The notes under the pieces were generated by a model. That model saw only the letters and a list, made by a program, of their open reading frames with translations, was not told the origin of the DNA and did no database searches. A DNA stretch of 64,000 nucleotides from a virus (Duplodnaviria > Caudoviricetes): IMG/VR virus record IMGVR_UViG_2897748404_000006, positions 4,730 to 68,729 of that record; one strand, written 5' to 3'. Position 1 is the stretch's first letter; the number at the start of each line of letters is the position of its first letter. Positions 38,385 to 48,882 of the stretch are shown in pieces. Both the position numbers and the translations under genes were made by a program.

Positions 38385-40451
38385 TTAAAAAGTTGAAGCT
38401 GTCATATATGTTCCTGAAATCCGTATTTGACCACCACCACCAACGAAACTAACAGCACTATAAAGAGAGCCTGAATTACTGTTTAATGCGTTTTTAATTA
38501 GTATTTGGATCGTTGTGTCATCTGAATCATCGATAATCCCTCTCATGTTGTAGTAGTTGACATTTCCCCCTGTGATTTGTGGTTGAGAAATTTCGGCATC
38601 GTAGAGGCAACTGTATGGCAGTCCTTGAATAACTAATTGACCTGTAGGAACACCTACATTACCCACCTGTATTAGATACATGGTGAAATACACTAGAGAG
38701 CCAATTTTTAGATACCTAGCGTGTTGCAGTGTATAATTGTATGTTGCTCCACCGCCTAAATCTGCTATTACAGGGTTAAAAGTTCCCCGTTCTTCAGTTA
38801 AGCCTCCAATAAGGGCTAGTCTTCCGTCTAAATATCCTTTATCTATTAATGATCGGTCTTCGTAATCTGCGGAGTAATCCGCACCGTATTTGATCCCACC
38901 ATAATTACTATAATCAAAATATGTTGCTCCTGAAACATTGTTTATTTCTAAATGGGACTCGGTAGGGGAAACGCCCCCAAAGTCACCTGTTCCAAGCGTT
39001 AAGGATTCGCCCCCGTTTATGGTTATTCCTTTGCCTAACGGTTTGCTGTTTGTGCCTATGGTAATCCTTTTGTTTAATTGACCAGTAGAAGCCCTTTTTT
39101 GTAAATCAACATTACCAACGGTATTGACCTCGAAATTGACCTCTAAATCTGATCGAAATTGTGTTGTGCTGATCATACTGCCATGAGCAATACTTTTATA
39201 CTCTCCAAAATCTTCGTTCCAAACCACATAATTCGGGTTATCAGAACCATCATTAAAAGCGTCTTTAATTCGGTATATTTTATTAATATCTCCAGTAGCG
39301 GGTAAGTCCGTAGTAAAATCTACCAGAACTAAAGCAGAAGATGAAGCCGCAAAAAGGTTTTCTACAAATTCCTTGTCTACTAGCGACCTATCGGTATAGG
39401 CAAGTGAATAATCTGCGTCATATCTAATTCCTCCAGTATTGGTGTTGTCTAAGATCACTGCGCCTGTGTCTCTCATTGTAATGGAAATCCCTTCACTTAA
39501 TAGTTTACCGCCACCTTTTAAGGTCATTGAGCCACCTTCTAAAACTGTTGATGAGTCAGTAGGCGAAAATGGGTTCATCGTGAGCCTACTATAGTCTGTG
39601 GTAGTTCCGTCACCATCCCTTAAAATCCTGACACTTCCCTGACCTCCTGTAACCACAACGGCATTATCTTCGTAGTTCATTACTACGTTACCATATGTTT
39701 TTCCGTTTAGTAAACTCAAGTAATCAGACCGTATCGTGTCCCAATGTAAAAACGTATTAGAATAATCGGCAGGGTCTTGTATTACATATATTTTTGTAGG
39801 ATCACCAGTAGCGGGTAAGTTCCCGAAACTATCTAAAAAAACAAGTTCTGTACCCGGATTGCTTTGTTGTAAAGTACCGTCAAGACTACTAAAAGAGAGA
39901 ACATTATTTATTACAGGCGTTCCTATTGATGGTGAGTTAACCCGTATAGTTGTATCGGTTAAATAAATAGTGGATTCATCAGTGCCGAGTTTAGCGATAA
40001 GACCTAAACTTTTTACATTTGCCTCTAGTTTTTTTTCTCCCCCTGCACCAGAACCCGCATTTAGTTCTATGAAATTAGGCTTAAAGGAAATGCTAAAACT
40101 ATCCCCGTCTATTATGTGTGAGTTTACAACATCAAAAGAATCTGGGGCTAAAGAAAAGACACCGAAAGTTGTAGGGCTACTTATGTTATATAACAAACTT
40201 GCATTATTCGCACCATCATCATTTATACTTGCAATAATCTCTTTATTGATATCTCCTAACTCAATATTTTGGTTATCTATTTTAACCCCTCCGTCTATTG
40301 CGGTAAGATCAGTACCCCCTGCGGTTGGTGCTAAAGCAATAATATCACGAATAGGAAAATTCTTGGTTTGGTTGCTTTGTTCTGCATCCGTTCCTAAGAC
40401 AAAATCATCTATGGTTACTTTATCGTCTTTTTCAAATTCTTCTACTCTCAT
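38385..40451 (-). CDS. Tail fibre/spike protein (paralogue A)
   Basis: G/S/T-rich beta protein; N-terminus shared with the neighbouring gene; internal repeats (GGI.Y.ADYS..Y.DRSL.DK). Confidence 0.7.
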   Translation of the reverse strand: MRVEEFEKDDKVTIDDFVLGTDAEQSNQTKNFPIRDIIALAPTAGGTDLTAIDGGVKIDNQNIELGDINKEIIASINDDGANNASLLYNISSPTTFGVFSLAPDSFDVVNSHIIDGDSFSISFKPNFIELNAGSGAGGEKKLEANVKSLGLIAKLGTDESTIYLTDTTIRVNSPSIGTPVINNVLSFSSLDGTLQQSNPGTELVFLDSFGNLPATGDPTKIYVIQDPADYSNTFLHWDTIRSDYLSLLNGKTYGNVVMNYEDNAVVVTGGQGSVRILRDGDGTTTDYSRLTMNPFSPTDSSTVLEGGSMTLKGGGKLLSEGISITMRDTGAVILDNTNTGGIRYDADYSLAYTDRSLVDKEFVENLFAASSSALVLVDFTTDLPATGDINKIYRIKDAFNDGSDNPNYVVWNEDFGEYKSIAHGSMISTTQFRSDLEVNFEVNTVGNVDLQKRASTGQLNKRITIGTNSKPLGKGITINGGESLTLGTGDFGGVSPTESHLEINNVSGATYFDYSNYGGIKYGADYSADYEDRSLIDKGYLDGRLALIGGLTEERGTFNPVIADLGGGATYNYTLQHARYLKIGSLVYFTMYLIQVGNVGVPTGQLVIQGLPYSCLYDAEISQPQITGGNVNYYNMRGIIDDSDDTTIQILIKNALNSNSGSLYSAVSFVGGGGQIRISGTYMTASTF

Positions 40452-40462
40452 AGCGGTTTGTT

Positions 40463-41854
40463 TTAGTCATTAGTTAGATAGGTTGCTGATAATTGTATTC
40501 TTTGATCTGATCCCGAAAAGGTTATTGCTGCATAGTTTCTTCCTGTTTGTGGAAGACCACTGTTTGCGGGTTTGATTTGAAATCTAAATTGATCGGTTGT
40601 CCCTCCCGATCTCACAAAAACGCCTTTTATAATATCAAAATCAACTGAGGGTGAAGCGGCTCTAAAGTCGGTTACAATCACTGTTCCATCTCCAGAGACT
40701 TCAAAAGGCATCCCTTGTATTGCTAAAATCCCTGTAGGAATATTGGTTGTGGTTATAGAAGAGATAAGCAACTCTAAATAAACAAGCTTTCCAATTCTGT
40801 AATAGGTAGCGGATTGAGTAAAGGCATATGTCGCGCCACCTCCGAAATCTAGTAATTCAGCCGTCCATACGCCCTCACTAGCGACTCCTGACAAACCAGT
40901 AACAAAAGCTCTATCCACTAATGACCTGTCGGTATAGTTAGAAGAGTAGTCACTTGCATATCTAAGCCCTCCGGTATTGGTGTTGTCTCGAAGAATTGCG
41001 CCCGTTTGACTCATTGTAATGGAAGCACCTTCAGAAATCAAACTCCCGCCTCCTTGTAAAAACAATGTCCCGCCTTTTAAGCTTACTCCATTGTTTGCTC
41101 CTGAACTTATTTCTAATTCACCGAAATTTGCTGCTGTTCCGTCGCCTTCTCTGGCTACCCTAAATTGTCCGGTAGTCCCTACTATTTCATAAAAATAATC
41201 TTCAAATAAAATTTCTACTGAATTCTGTGTTTTTCCGTTGGATATACTTGTGTATTCACCAATACCACTATCGAAATGATAAAATGCTTCGTAATCTTCG
41301 TTAGGGTCTTGTATTAAGTATATTTTTGAAGAGTCCCCATTTGAAGGTAAAGACGCATAACTATTGAGGATAACTATGTCCCCACCTGATCCTGAACTTG
41401 GTGTGCTTTGCCCGATAGTTCCGGTTGCATCTATAAAGGATAAAACGTTGCCTGCAACTGGTGTTCCTATAAAGTGGGAGTTAATTTTTATTCCTGTTAC
41501 ATCAACATTTATCGAGTTTTTATTTGCTGTTGCTCCATCCTCAAGGAGTATTCCACTGGTAGAGATTGAGAACAATTGCATTGCTTTTGCGCCTCTTCCT
41601 TCAATTCTAAAAGTGTTCCCTGCGCCTATAGCAAGGGTAGTGTCTTGTGCTGTTGTTCCTCCAATCTCAATATTATTCCCATCTAAAATAACACCTCCCG
41701 TACCATCTGCGGTAAGGTCAATTCCTTCTGAAGCTAAAGCAATAATATCACGAATAGCAAAGTTTTTGGTTTGGTTGGTCTGCTCTGCATCCGTTCCAAG
41801 CACAAAGTCGTTTATCGTTACATTGTCGTCTTTTTCAAAATCTTCTACTCGCAT
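40463..41854 (-). CDS. Tail fibre/spike protein (paralogue B)
   Basis: MRVEDFEKDD..IND FVLGTDAEQ.NQTKNF N-terminus near-identical to paralogue A; shared C-terminal D.GGGATY..Y..IG.LVY domain. Confidence 0.7.
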   Translation of the reverse strand: MRVEDFEKDDNVTINDFVLGTDAEQTNQTKNFAIRDIIALASEGIDLTADGTGGVILDGNNIEIGGTTAQDTTLAIGAGNTFRIEGRGAKAMQLFSISTSGILLEDGATANKNSINVDVTGIKINSHFIGTPVAGNVLSFIDATGTIGQSTPSSGSGGDIVILNSYASLPSNGDSSKIYLIQDPNEDYEAFYHFDSGIGEYTSISNGKTQNSVEILFEDYFYEIVGTTGQFRVAREGDGTAANFGELEISSGANNGVSLKGGTLFLQGGGSLISEGASITMSQTGAILRDNTNTGGLRYASDYSSNYTDRSLVDRAFVTGLSGVASEGVWTAELLDFGGGATYAFTQSATYYRIGKLVYLELLISSITTTNIPTGILAIQGMPFEVSGDGTVIVTDFRAASPSVDFDIIKGVFVRSGGTTDQFRFQIKPANSGLPQTGRNYAAITFSGSDQRIQLSATYLTND

Positions 41855-41873
41855 AATGGTTTATTTTTATGAA

Positions 41874-43133
41874 TCAAACTCCTATAGTTTGATCGTATAC
41901 GCTTTTAATTTCTACCTCTGTCAATAGCCTTTTCCATACGAAAAAATATCGTAGAGAACCGTCCATGCTTTCTGCATCATTATTGTTAACTGCTCCAATC
42001 AAAAAATCCCTGGTCGAAGTCCCAACGGTTACGGCTGAAGTTTCATTAAGTCTTTCGGTTAGGTTTTGATACACAATCGTTTTATCATTGGTGTTATCAC
42101 GTTGCAGGGTTATCATTGTTTCATCTATGGGCGGTGCTTCTGTATAGTTTTTAAACACCCTACCATCGTGAAAAAAGAGTCTACCGGATTTAAAACTAAG
42201 TCCCATCTGACCTAAAGAGCCTGAAATGTTACCAAGCCAATCACCGGTATTTGCTCCTGTTCCACAAATAGCAATTATAGTGTAGTCTGTAGCGGGTTGT
42301 GGAAAATTTAAATCTCCGACTATTCCAAAATCTAAAAAGTCCCCGTTTCCTTGGAATCTTATTTGTCTTCTTCCTCCTGCTTCTTCAATAACTGGCTGTC
42401 TATTAATGTCTGTCTGCTCTGCAAATGGGGCGGTGCTTCCTGAAATTATATTTCTCCATTGCTCAACACTTTCCCCAATTAAGGCGGCACTTCCTGTAGT
42501 GGTATATGCGGACTCTGGGGTAAGAGCAACTAAAGCGTCTGCGGGTAATGCCAATTCGTCTGCGGGGGCGTGTCTGTATACTCGTTCTATCTTATAAACA
42601 ATATCAAAAACTCCCGCCTCCCCGTCACAGGTAAGGTAAAATGTACCTCCATTAGTTAAAAAGGTTTCACTGGTATAGAAATCTAAATCTTCGGTAACGG
42701 CTGTTACTACGGTTGCACCTCTGGCAAGTCTAATGGTTCTCGTCCATATCGTGCCGACTGCCCCGCCTATATCTAGTTCTAAGGTTAGGTTTCTATTGTT
42801 TAATGTTGGGTTGACATTAAATCTAACCCGTACCCTGTAGGTGTCTAACTCGTTGTCAGGCATGAATTTATTTGCTACTAGCCAATCCGTACTTCCAGAA
42901 GGGGCGGCTGTATTAACAACATTTGCCCCGTTGTTTTCTAATACGGTTCTTGCTCCTGTAACAAGATTTAAAGGTATACCGCTTGTATATTGGTCGTCGG
43001 CATATTGAACCCACCCTAAAAATGCTTTTTCTACTTTCCTCTTGTTAAGCCGTTGTACATTTGCCGTGTTGTTATCTATTTCCGAAGTAAGATCGACAAT
43101 TGTGTTTTCTAGATATTCTGTTAACCTTGGCAT
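41874..43133 (-). CDS. Virion protein with a C-terminal LamG/ConA-like domain
   Basis: VEQWRN...A.Q..INRQP and FLIGA...MDG.L.YFFVW.R.LT..EI motifs. Confidence 0.65.
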   Translation of the reverse strand: MPRLTEYLENTIVDLTSEIDNNTANVQRLNKRKVEKAFLGWVQYADDQYTSGIPLNLVTGARTVLENNGANVVNTAAPSGSTDWLVANKFMPDNELDTYRVRVRFNVNPTLNNRNLTLELDIGGAVGTIWTRTIRLARGATVVTAVTEDLDFYTSETFLTNGGTFYLTCDGEAGVFDIVYKIERVYRHAPADELALPADALVALTPESAYTTTGSAALIGESVEQWRNIISGSTAPFAEQTDINRQPVIEEAGGRRQIRFQGNGDFLDFGIVGDLNFPQPATDYTIIAICGTGANTGDWLGNISGSLGQMGLSFKSGRLFFHDGRVFKNYTEAPPIDETMITLQRDNTNDKTIVYQNLTERLNETSAVTVGTSTRDFLIGAVNNNDAESMDGSLRYFFVWKRLLTEVEIKSVYDQTIGV

Positions 43134-43139
43134 AATTTT

Positions 43140-43325
43140 TTATTTTTCATTTGCATTTTTTCCGATCAAATACCCAAGCATTGTAGTGATTAGGTAGTCA
43201 ATTCTTAGTTTGTCATTTTCTGGCATCCCATCATGTGTAATCCCTCCTATAAAAGCCAAGAGTACCCCTACAATGATGCATCCTAAAAAGGCGTAAGTAA
43301 TGATATGATTAGGGTCGTTTTTCAT
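43140..43325 (-). CDS. Small two-TM membrane protein, possible holin
   Basis: 61 aa with two hydrophobic segments and a charged C-terminus. Confidence 0.4.
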   Translation of the reverse strand: MKNDPNHIITYAFLGCIIVGVLLAFIGGITHDGMPENDKLRIDYLITTMLGYLIGKNANEK

Positions 43326-46300
43326 TACCAGTATATTTCTACAGAAAAGCCGTCATTAACTGCTGTACCCGCTTGTAATACATCTACAATAATATTCCCT
43401 ATACTAACACCATAGTTACAAGTCATTTGTTGCCCCGCAGTATGTTTAGGTGTTGCTATTACAGAAGTAGCATCGTCAAATAAAACAGTTCCCGCATTAA
43501 TTGAATACTGACCTGTAGTAACTCTGGTCGTAGTAACAGCACCTAAATAAGTACCGTGTCTACCCGTTATATTACCCGATCCATCTATAGTTAATATTAG
43601 GGTGTTACCCGTAGAGGTATTATCGTCATGGTTAATTACCGTTTTTCCTCCTTCAACCGCCCAAACGTTACCTCTAGGGAATCCGGTTTCAGTAAATGTG
43701 ACTTCTTTTTGAGGAAGCACTTCGTATTCACTTACACCACCAAATAATTGATGGTCGTCGTCTAGCCCTTTTACGATACATGGTTCTGTAGAGCCGTTTA
43801 CAATAGTAAAGGTGTTTCCGAAATCATATAAGCCTTTGGGAACACGCAATATTATTGCAGAATTGACATTAGGAACATTGTAGCGTAAACCAGTAGTAAT
43901 CGCTTTTTTGTCCAGAGTAACATCGAGATCGGATGTATCCATTGTGTACATTGTTACTGACTGTATCGACATATCATTAACAGCGTTTCCGGGCGGTATA
44001 TAAAAGAAAGTTCCTCTATCTGTAGTACCACCACCACCATAAGTAACTTCACCTATTTTACTACCTTCTAAGTGTATCTCTGCTACATCACTATTAGGTG
44101 GGCAAATCATACTTATTGTATGCATTACATCTCTATCAATATCAAATGTTGTGTTACCTCCAGTATTAATCATAGTGATCTGTAGTTGACCTGTAGTAAC
44201 GGTAACATTAAACTCAAAACGTCCATTACTACCCCAAGAAGTATTATTAGGCTCAATATCAGCCCATATTTGCCCGTCATGAGTAGCACCAAACATCATC
44301 CTAAAGTCAACACGAAAACCGTTGGCTCTGGCAGTGTCCCACAGTGCTTGTGTATTATTAGGTGCTTTTGCGGTTACTGTACCTCCTGTTTGAGTTATTC
44401 TGATAACTTCTGGAAATCCTTGGTGGTTAAGAGTATTTACCCATCTTACCATATTAGAGCCTGTCCATCCAGAGTCAGCAAGGGTATTTCCTTCTGCAAA
44501 AAAGAATTGTCCTGTGTCTACAGAACTAAAGTTAATACGGGTAGTATTGAAATACGCCCAATCTTCACCGTCATAAATTATGGGTCTATTATCCGCTAAC
44601 CCATTTAAAGCAATTGTACCCTCTGGGTGGTTTGCGCTAGTTGTTGGAATTATACGAGGGGGTAAGAATCCACGCATAGGACTATCTAGCTGTAGCACGG
44701 TGTTTGCTTCTAACGCAGGCTCATCTACAAAAACTGTCAGACTGTAGTTAAACAAATAAACAGTTTGAGACGTACCCGTAGACCTTTTTCTTAAAATTAC
44801 TTGCGTATCACCATTACCAGAGGTAAACTCAAAGACAAACGTATTTACATCTCCTACATCGTTATTAGATGCGGGGATATCAAAAGACATTAATTGATTG
44901 TTGTTTGTGTCTACTATCTCATAATCTTGAGTCGTACCCCCTGAAGAGGTTGCCGTCCCAAAGGTCATAGTAAATTGAATCCGTTGGAATAAACAATTAG
45001 CAAATGTAATCGCCAAACCACGAGTTCCCGAACTTGTAGTAAATCTTAGCCCTCTATGCGCAGCATCAAACCCTGTCATGGTTGCTACATTTGTGCCGCC
45101 ATTATCTATAGCACTTAACGTAATACTAGAGCTTGGGTTTAATGTGGTATCATCAGAGGTAAGCCTTTTTTCTGCTATCAAGTTTGTCCAATAGGTGGCA
45201 TCAAAAAGCCAATCTGTAGAAGTAGGCGCAGTCCATGAGCCATATTCCCCCGCACTTAGTCTAGTTCCTATTTTAGAAAATCTACCTATTACTGTTGCTT
45301 CTGCGTGTAGGTCTACTGTTTCATTTTCAAAATCAATCCATGCGATTTCATTAGCGTGCGCACCGATACTTTTTGTTGCTATACCTCCTGTAGAACCTTG
45401 GATTACACCTTGATCTCTCCAGTTTACCGTATCTATTGATACCACTATTTCTTGATTAGCGGTGTCGGTATGTAAAGTTCCTGCTCCAAATACTGTACCC
45501 GCTTCATAATTAACAAGAAGGTTAGAAGACATAGTGCCGTTCCAAGTTCTCCCTGAATCAAAATTCATTTGAAACATTAAAGCAGAGTTCACATCTGTCT
45601 GATCTGCTCTAACAAATCTAAACTGCGTATCTGCCAGAGATACATTACCCTCTTCTATAACCTGACTCAATGTTATAGAATCATTACTATTAGGATCGTC
45701 TACACCTCTTATGACTGTTCCTAAAACAGAGAAAGTAATCACAGCGTTAGTTGTAGGACTCGTTAGAAATAAATCTAAGTCAATATGGGAAACATCTGGC
45801 GCAGTTACCGCAGACCAAGTAATTAAATTGTACCACCCTGTATTTGAGCCTCCTAAATTGGTTAGTGTTGCAAAGTCAGGATTAAAGCCTAAAGCATTTA
45901 CTAGATTATAATTACTATTATAAATTATAAGGGCATCATCACTAACAGCCTTATAAATCATTTGATTAATCCCTGTGGTTGGATAGGTTGTTGTTGTCGA
46001 TCCGTCTGTATTTCCTAACCAGTGATACCCTAGTGCAACCCCATGAGAAAGGGCGTGTATTTCTCCGCTATAGGTAATTGTAAAGTTGTCCGCATTTGTA
46101 ATTTTGGTGATAACCCCGTCGGCTAAAGTAGATTCATTTGAGGCGTTTGCCTGTGTCCAAGTCCCTGAACTTTGTAAGTATAAGGGGGCATAAAGATCAG
46201 TAGCGGTAAACCCATGCGCGACTTGCGTTATATTTTCACTTAGGTTAGTTTCCATATGTTCCCAAGCCCCATCCTTGAAAATGTAGTGCGCTCTTTGGTT

Positions 46301-46915
46301 TGCGGAATAGACCATATCCCCATTTACTGCGGTAACAAAAACGTATGATGCAGAGTCCCACCGAGCAAAGTTATTTTCTTGTCCTACCCATGCGCCTGTT
46401 GCTAAACCGCCAAGCCCTGCAACAATATAACGCCCGTCTGTTACAGGGGTTGTTGGAGGTGTTACTAGCGATACATCAACAACTTTTTCGTAGTTCTGTT
46501 GTTCCCTGTTATCAACAATGGTTTGTCCGATAGATTGACTTACTACTACATCGTATCTATTGGTCGCGACTTGATTTATTTGTAGAATAGCATTACTAAT
46601 ATCAATTTCTAACGCCCCTGTGGTATATGTCCCTTTGTTTTGTGGGGTTTGAAATTCGCTCGTAGCATCACCAATAGTAACAATGTTGTTTGCTAAAGTT
46701 TCAATACTACTATCTGAATTGGTAAAATGCCAAAATCCTTCGGACTCATCATTTAGTGTTAAGGCAACTACGCCCGATATCCCTTTTAGGTCGTATGTTC
46801 CAGAACGTAAATCTGTAGCACTAACACTAATTACTTCGACTGTTTCTCTGTCGAAAATGTCCTGAAATCCTTTGGATAGCAGGGCATTGTACTGTATTTT
46901 CTTTTTTTTTCCCAT
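43325..46915 (-). CDS. Large tail fibre/receptor-binding protein with a DUF2793-like segment
   Basis: PPTTPVTDGRYIV..ATGAWVGQEN..A.W motif; RGFLPPR motif; mosaic beta-rich domains. Confidence 0.7.
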   Translation of the reverse strand: MGKKKKIQYNALLSKGFQDIFDRETVEVISVSATDLRSGTYDLKGISGVVALTLNDESEGFWHFTNSDSSIETLANNIVTIGDATSEFQTPQNKGTYTTGALEIDISNAILQINQVATNRYDVVVSQSIGQTIVDNREQQNYEKVVDVSLVTPPTTPVTDGRYIVAGLGGLATGAWVGQENNFARWDSASYVFVTAVNGDMVYSANQRAHYIFKDGAWEHMETNLSENITQVAHGFTATDLYAPLYLQSSGTWTQANASNESTLADGVITKITNADNFTITYSGEIHALSHGVALGYHWLGNTDGSTTTTYPTTGINQMIYKAVSDDALIIYNSNYNLVNALGFNPDFATLTNLGGSNTGWYNLITWSAVTAPDVSHIDLDLFLTSPTTNAVITFSVLGTVIRGVDDPNSNDSITLSQVIEEGNVSLADTQFRFVRADQTDVNSALMFQMNFDSGRTWNGTMSSNLLVNYEAGTVFGAGTLHTDTANQEIVVSIDTVNWRDQGVIQGSTGGIATKSIGAHANEIAWIDFENETVDLHAEATVIGRFSKIGTRLSAGEYGSWTAPTSTDWLFDATYWTNLIAEKRLTSDDTTLNPSSSITLSAIDNGGTNVATMTGFDAAHRGLRFTTSSGTRGLAITFANCLFQRIQFTMTFGTATSSGGTTQDYEIVDTNNNQLMSFDIPASNNDVGDVNTFVFEFTSGNGDTQVILRKRSTGTSQTVYLFNYSLTVFVDEPALEANTVLQLDSPMRGFLPPRIIPTTSANHPEGTIALNGLADNRPIIYDGEDWAYFNTTRINFSSVDTGQFFFAEGNTLADSGWTGSNMVRWVNTLNHQGFPEVIRITQTGGTVTAKAPNNTQALWDTARANGFRVDFRMMFGATHDGQIWADIEPNNTSWGSNGRFEFNVTVTTGQLQITMINTGGNTTFDIDRDVMHTISMICPPNSDVAEIHLEGSKIGEVTYGGGGTTDRGTFFYIPPGNAVNDMSIQSVTMYTMDTSDLDVTLDKKAITTGLRYNVPNVNSAIILRVPKGLYDFGNTFTIVNGSTEPCIVKGLDDDHQLFGGVSEYEVLPQKEVTFTETGFPRGNVWAVEGGKTVINHDDNTSTGNTLILTIDGSGNITGRHGTYLGAVTTTRVTTGQYSINAGTVLFDDATSVIATPKHTAGQQMTCNYGVSIGNIIVDVLQAGTAVNDGFSVEIYW

Positions 46916-47448
46916 TATGAAAGTTGTCCGGGGTTAACAGGGTAAAAGTTTCCGGCACTGCCCGCCCAAACAATAGTTTCCACTATAGTTGCCCCTGCGC
47001 CTAATGTTGCCGAGGAATGGGTGATTGTGCTTGGTCGTTGGTCTTCTGTGCCTATGTCTAACCATGCGATTGTGGGGATATAATCATCTTGACTTCTTAG
47101 TAAGTCAATAATGCTTGTTCTAAGGGTTAGGGTTCGTAGCAAGGCAATCATTTCGTTTTGTTTTGCTTCCGAAGCATCACCACCGCCACCGCCACCGCCA
47201 CCGCCTACCGAACCTGTGCTTGAGAACATCATAGCTCGTAAGGTGTCTTCTGTATAGGGTACGTTAAGTGCGTCTGCGGTAAGATTGACTGCTATTCGAT
47301 AGTAACTGTAAGCGTTATCGTTGTATTTTAATACTAGAAAACCATCTCCAACCGATGCGGTTACGTCTCTAGCAGGCTTCATAAAATCATAGCTAAAATC
47401 TTCATTTTGAACCACTAGATAATTATTATCAATGTATACTCTTTTCAT
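46915..47448 (-). CDS. Structural protein with a poly-Gly linker
   Basis: GGGGGGGGGDASEAKQ motif; first gene of the fibre operon. Confidence 0.6.
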   Translation of the reverse strand: MKRVYIDNNYLVVQNEDFSYDFMKPARDVTASVGDGFLVLKYNDNAYSYYRIAVNLTADALNVPYTEDTLRAMMFSSTGSVGGGGGGGGGDASEAKQNEMIALLRTLTLRTSIIDLLRSQDDYIPTIAWLDIGTEDQRPSTITHSSATLGAGATIVETIVWAGSAGNFYPVNPGQLS

Positions 47449-47489
47449 GATAAAGAAAACTTATTATTAATAAAATCTATGGAGATAAA

Positions 47490-47532
47490 CAAAGTTATAG
47501 TTTTTATTTATAATAAACAATTTGTAGTTTTG
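47490..47532. promoter_or_regulatory. Divergent Bacteroidota -7 elements
   Basis: Minus-strand TAACTTTG at 47490-47497 (fibre/terminase operon); plus-strand TAGTTTTG at 47525-47532 just before the ATG at 47537. Confidence 0.5.
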
Positions 47533-47536
47533 TGAG

Positions 47537-48121
47537 ATGGATAACATAAAAAAGGATACTAAAGAACCGTTCCCTATTCGGGTTCACCCTGACACACAAG
47601 AGGCGTTAAAGAAGCGTGGTATATACTTGGGAAGAAACCCGCACAAAAGGAAATACAACCATTCTGTCTTTCATTTGAACGATCATTATAATTTTTTAGA
47701 ATATCTTCTTGTGGTTCGTATACACCTCCAAAAGAAGTATAATATTAGTTGGAGGCGTTTAGAGTTTTTACTTTACCTGTTTCCTAAACAATTTTTCACT
47801 TACTATGACTTTGTAGAATTCCCTGCGCCCTATAATATGAGGCGTATTAAAGAGATGACTCAAGACGGTTTTGTAGAGAAGTTTGAAAACCGAAAAAAGA
47901 AGGGTCAGGGCATGACTATTTATTGTTTAACCCGTCGGGGAAAACAGATTGTTACAGACTTCTATCAGTATTTATCTGGAGAGAAAAAGCTACCACTAGG
48001 AAAACTCTACAGTCCTTTAATGGCTGAAAAACCGAACATTCAAAGAACGCTCAAGATGCAAAAGATGATTAAAAAACTAGCAACTCAAGATGGTTTGCGT
48101 TTTAAGATAGAAGAGGACTAG
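47537..48121 (+). CDS. Winged-helix (MarR-like) DNA-binding protein, possible late regulator
   Basis: LEFLLYL...GFVEKF......IYCLTRRGKQIV wing motif; divergent from the late operon. Confidence 0.55.
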   Translation: MDNIKKDTKEPFPIRVHPDTQEALKKRGIYLGRNPHKRKYNHSVFHLNDHYNFLEYLLVVRIHLQKKYNISWRRLEFLLYLFPKQFFTYYDFVEFPAPYNMRRIKEMTQDGFVEKFENRKKKGQGMTIYCLTRRGKQIVTDFYQYLSGEKKLPLGKLYSPLMAEKPNIQRTLKMQKMIKKLATQDGLRFKIEED

Positions 48122-48606
48122 CGTTTACTGCGGTAGTTGTCAACCAATTTTTGATAGGGTTTTTCTTTTTCTTCACGGATCATTGTAGCGCGATCCTCTT
48201 CCGTTGTTTTACAGAAATAGACGGGATTTATTCTATACACCCCACGTTTTGTTTTGCTTACAAGGTCGTGTTTTGCGAGTTCTATAAAGGCTTTATTTAT
48301 GGTGTTATCTGAAAACGAACGCTTACTATAGGCAGCCGCTTTATTCATGTTTTTCTTAAACAAAGCATTGTTTGAAACGTAGTTATTTCTATCCATATTT
48401 TCGAGACAAAAATCTAATACACTTCTTGCGCCTCTGCTAAGATCGAGCAGTATTGTAACCGCAGACTCGTAGGTTTTTACGTGGTCTTTTTGTGCCTGAA
48501 AAACAAACCATGATACCATTCCAATACGTCTTTCTTTTGAAAGTTCTTTATCGTAGGATAAATACCGTATTAGAGAGGTTGATTTATTCATCTTCTTCAA
48601 CCGCAA
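48118..48606 (-). CDS. RepL-like winged-helix protein
   Basis: TINKAFIELAKHDLVSK.KRGVYRINP.YF motif. Confidence 0.6.
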   Translation of the reverse strand: MRLKKMNKSTSLIRYLSYDKELSKERRIGMVSWFVFQAQKDHVKTYESAVTILLDLSRGARSVLDFCLENMDRNNYVSNNALFKKNMNKAAAYSKRSFSDNTINKAFIELAKHDLVSKTKRGVYRINPVYFCKTTEEDRATMIREEKEKPYQKLVDNYRSKR

Positions 48607-48871
48607 AACATTGCATTTCTTTTAATAACAGGTGTTGTTTGCTGTCTTTAATAACGGGTATTCCCGATCCTTCATAGAAGCGTACTTTTTCACCTACTTT
48701 CAACTTCATGGTATAAAATGGCGTTCCTTTCCCAACGACTTTAACTGTTCCCGATTTTATTTTTCTGCCAGAAATAGGAATTATGATACCGCCTTTTGTT
48801 TTGTTTTCCATTGGGGCTAGTTCCACCAGTACAATATCTCTTAGGGTTACTATTTCTTTTTTCTCTGTCAT
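48584..48871 (-). CDS. groES: Co-chaperonin GroES homologue
   Basis: LRDIVLVE....ENKTKGGIIIP......GTVKVVGKG....LKVGEKVRF..SG. Confidence 0.9.
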   Translation of the reverse strand: MTEKKEIVTLRDIVLVELAPMENKTKGGIIIPISGRKIKSGTVKVVGKGTPFYTMKLKVGEKVRFYEGSGIPVIKDSKQHLLLKEMQCFAVEEDE

Positions 48872-48882
48872 GGCTTGTTTAT

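Noticed and set aside
43140-43325. Complete lysis cassette
   Set aside because: Only a possible holin; no endolysin or spanin is recognisable in this window.
38385-46915. Diversity-generating retroelement or invertible tail-fibre shufflon
   Set aside because: No reverse transcriptase or invertase is present; the repeats are direct and differ mainly at synonymous sites rather than only at adenines.
47178-47205. CCG/CCA microsatellite (also 13383-13450)
   Set aside because: These simply encode poly-glycine linkers in structural proteins.
5466-47448. Stop-codon reassignment as in some crAss-like phages
   Set aside because: All large genes are intact in the standard code, TAG and TGA are used as stops, and no suppressor tRNA is evident.
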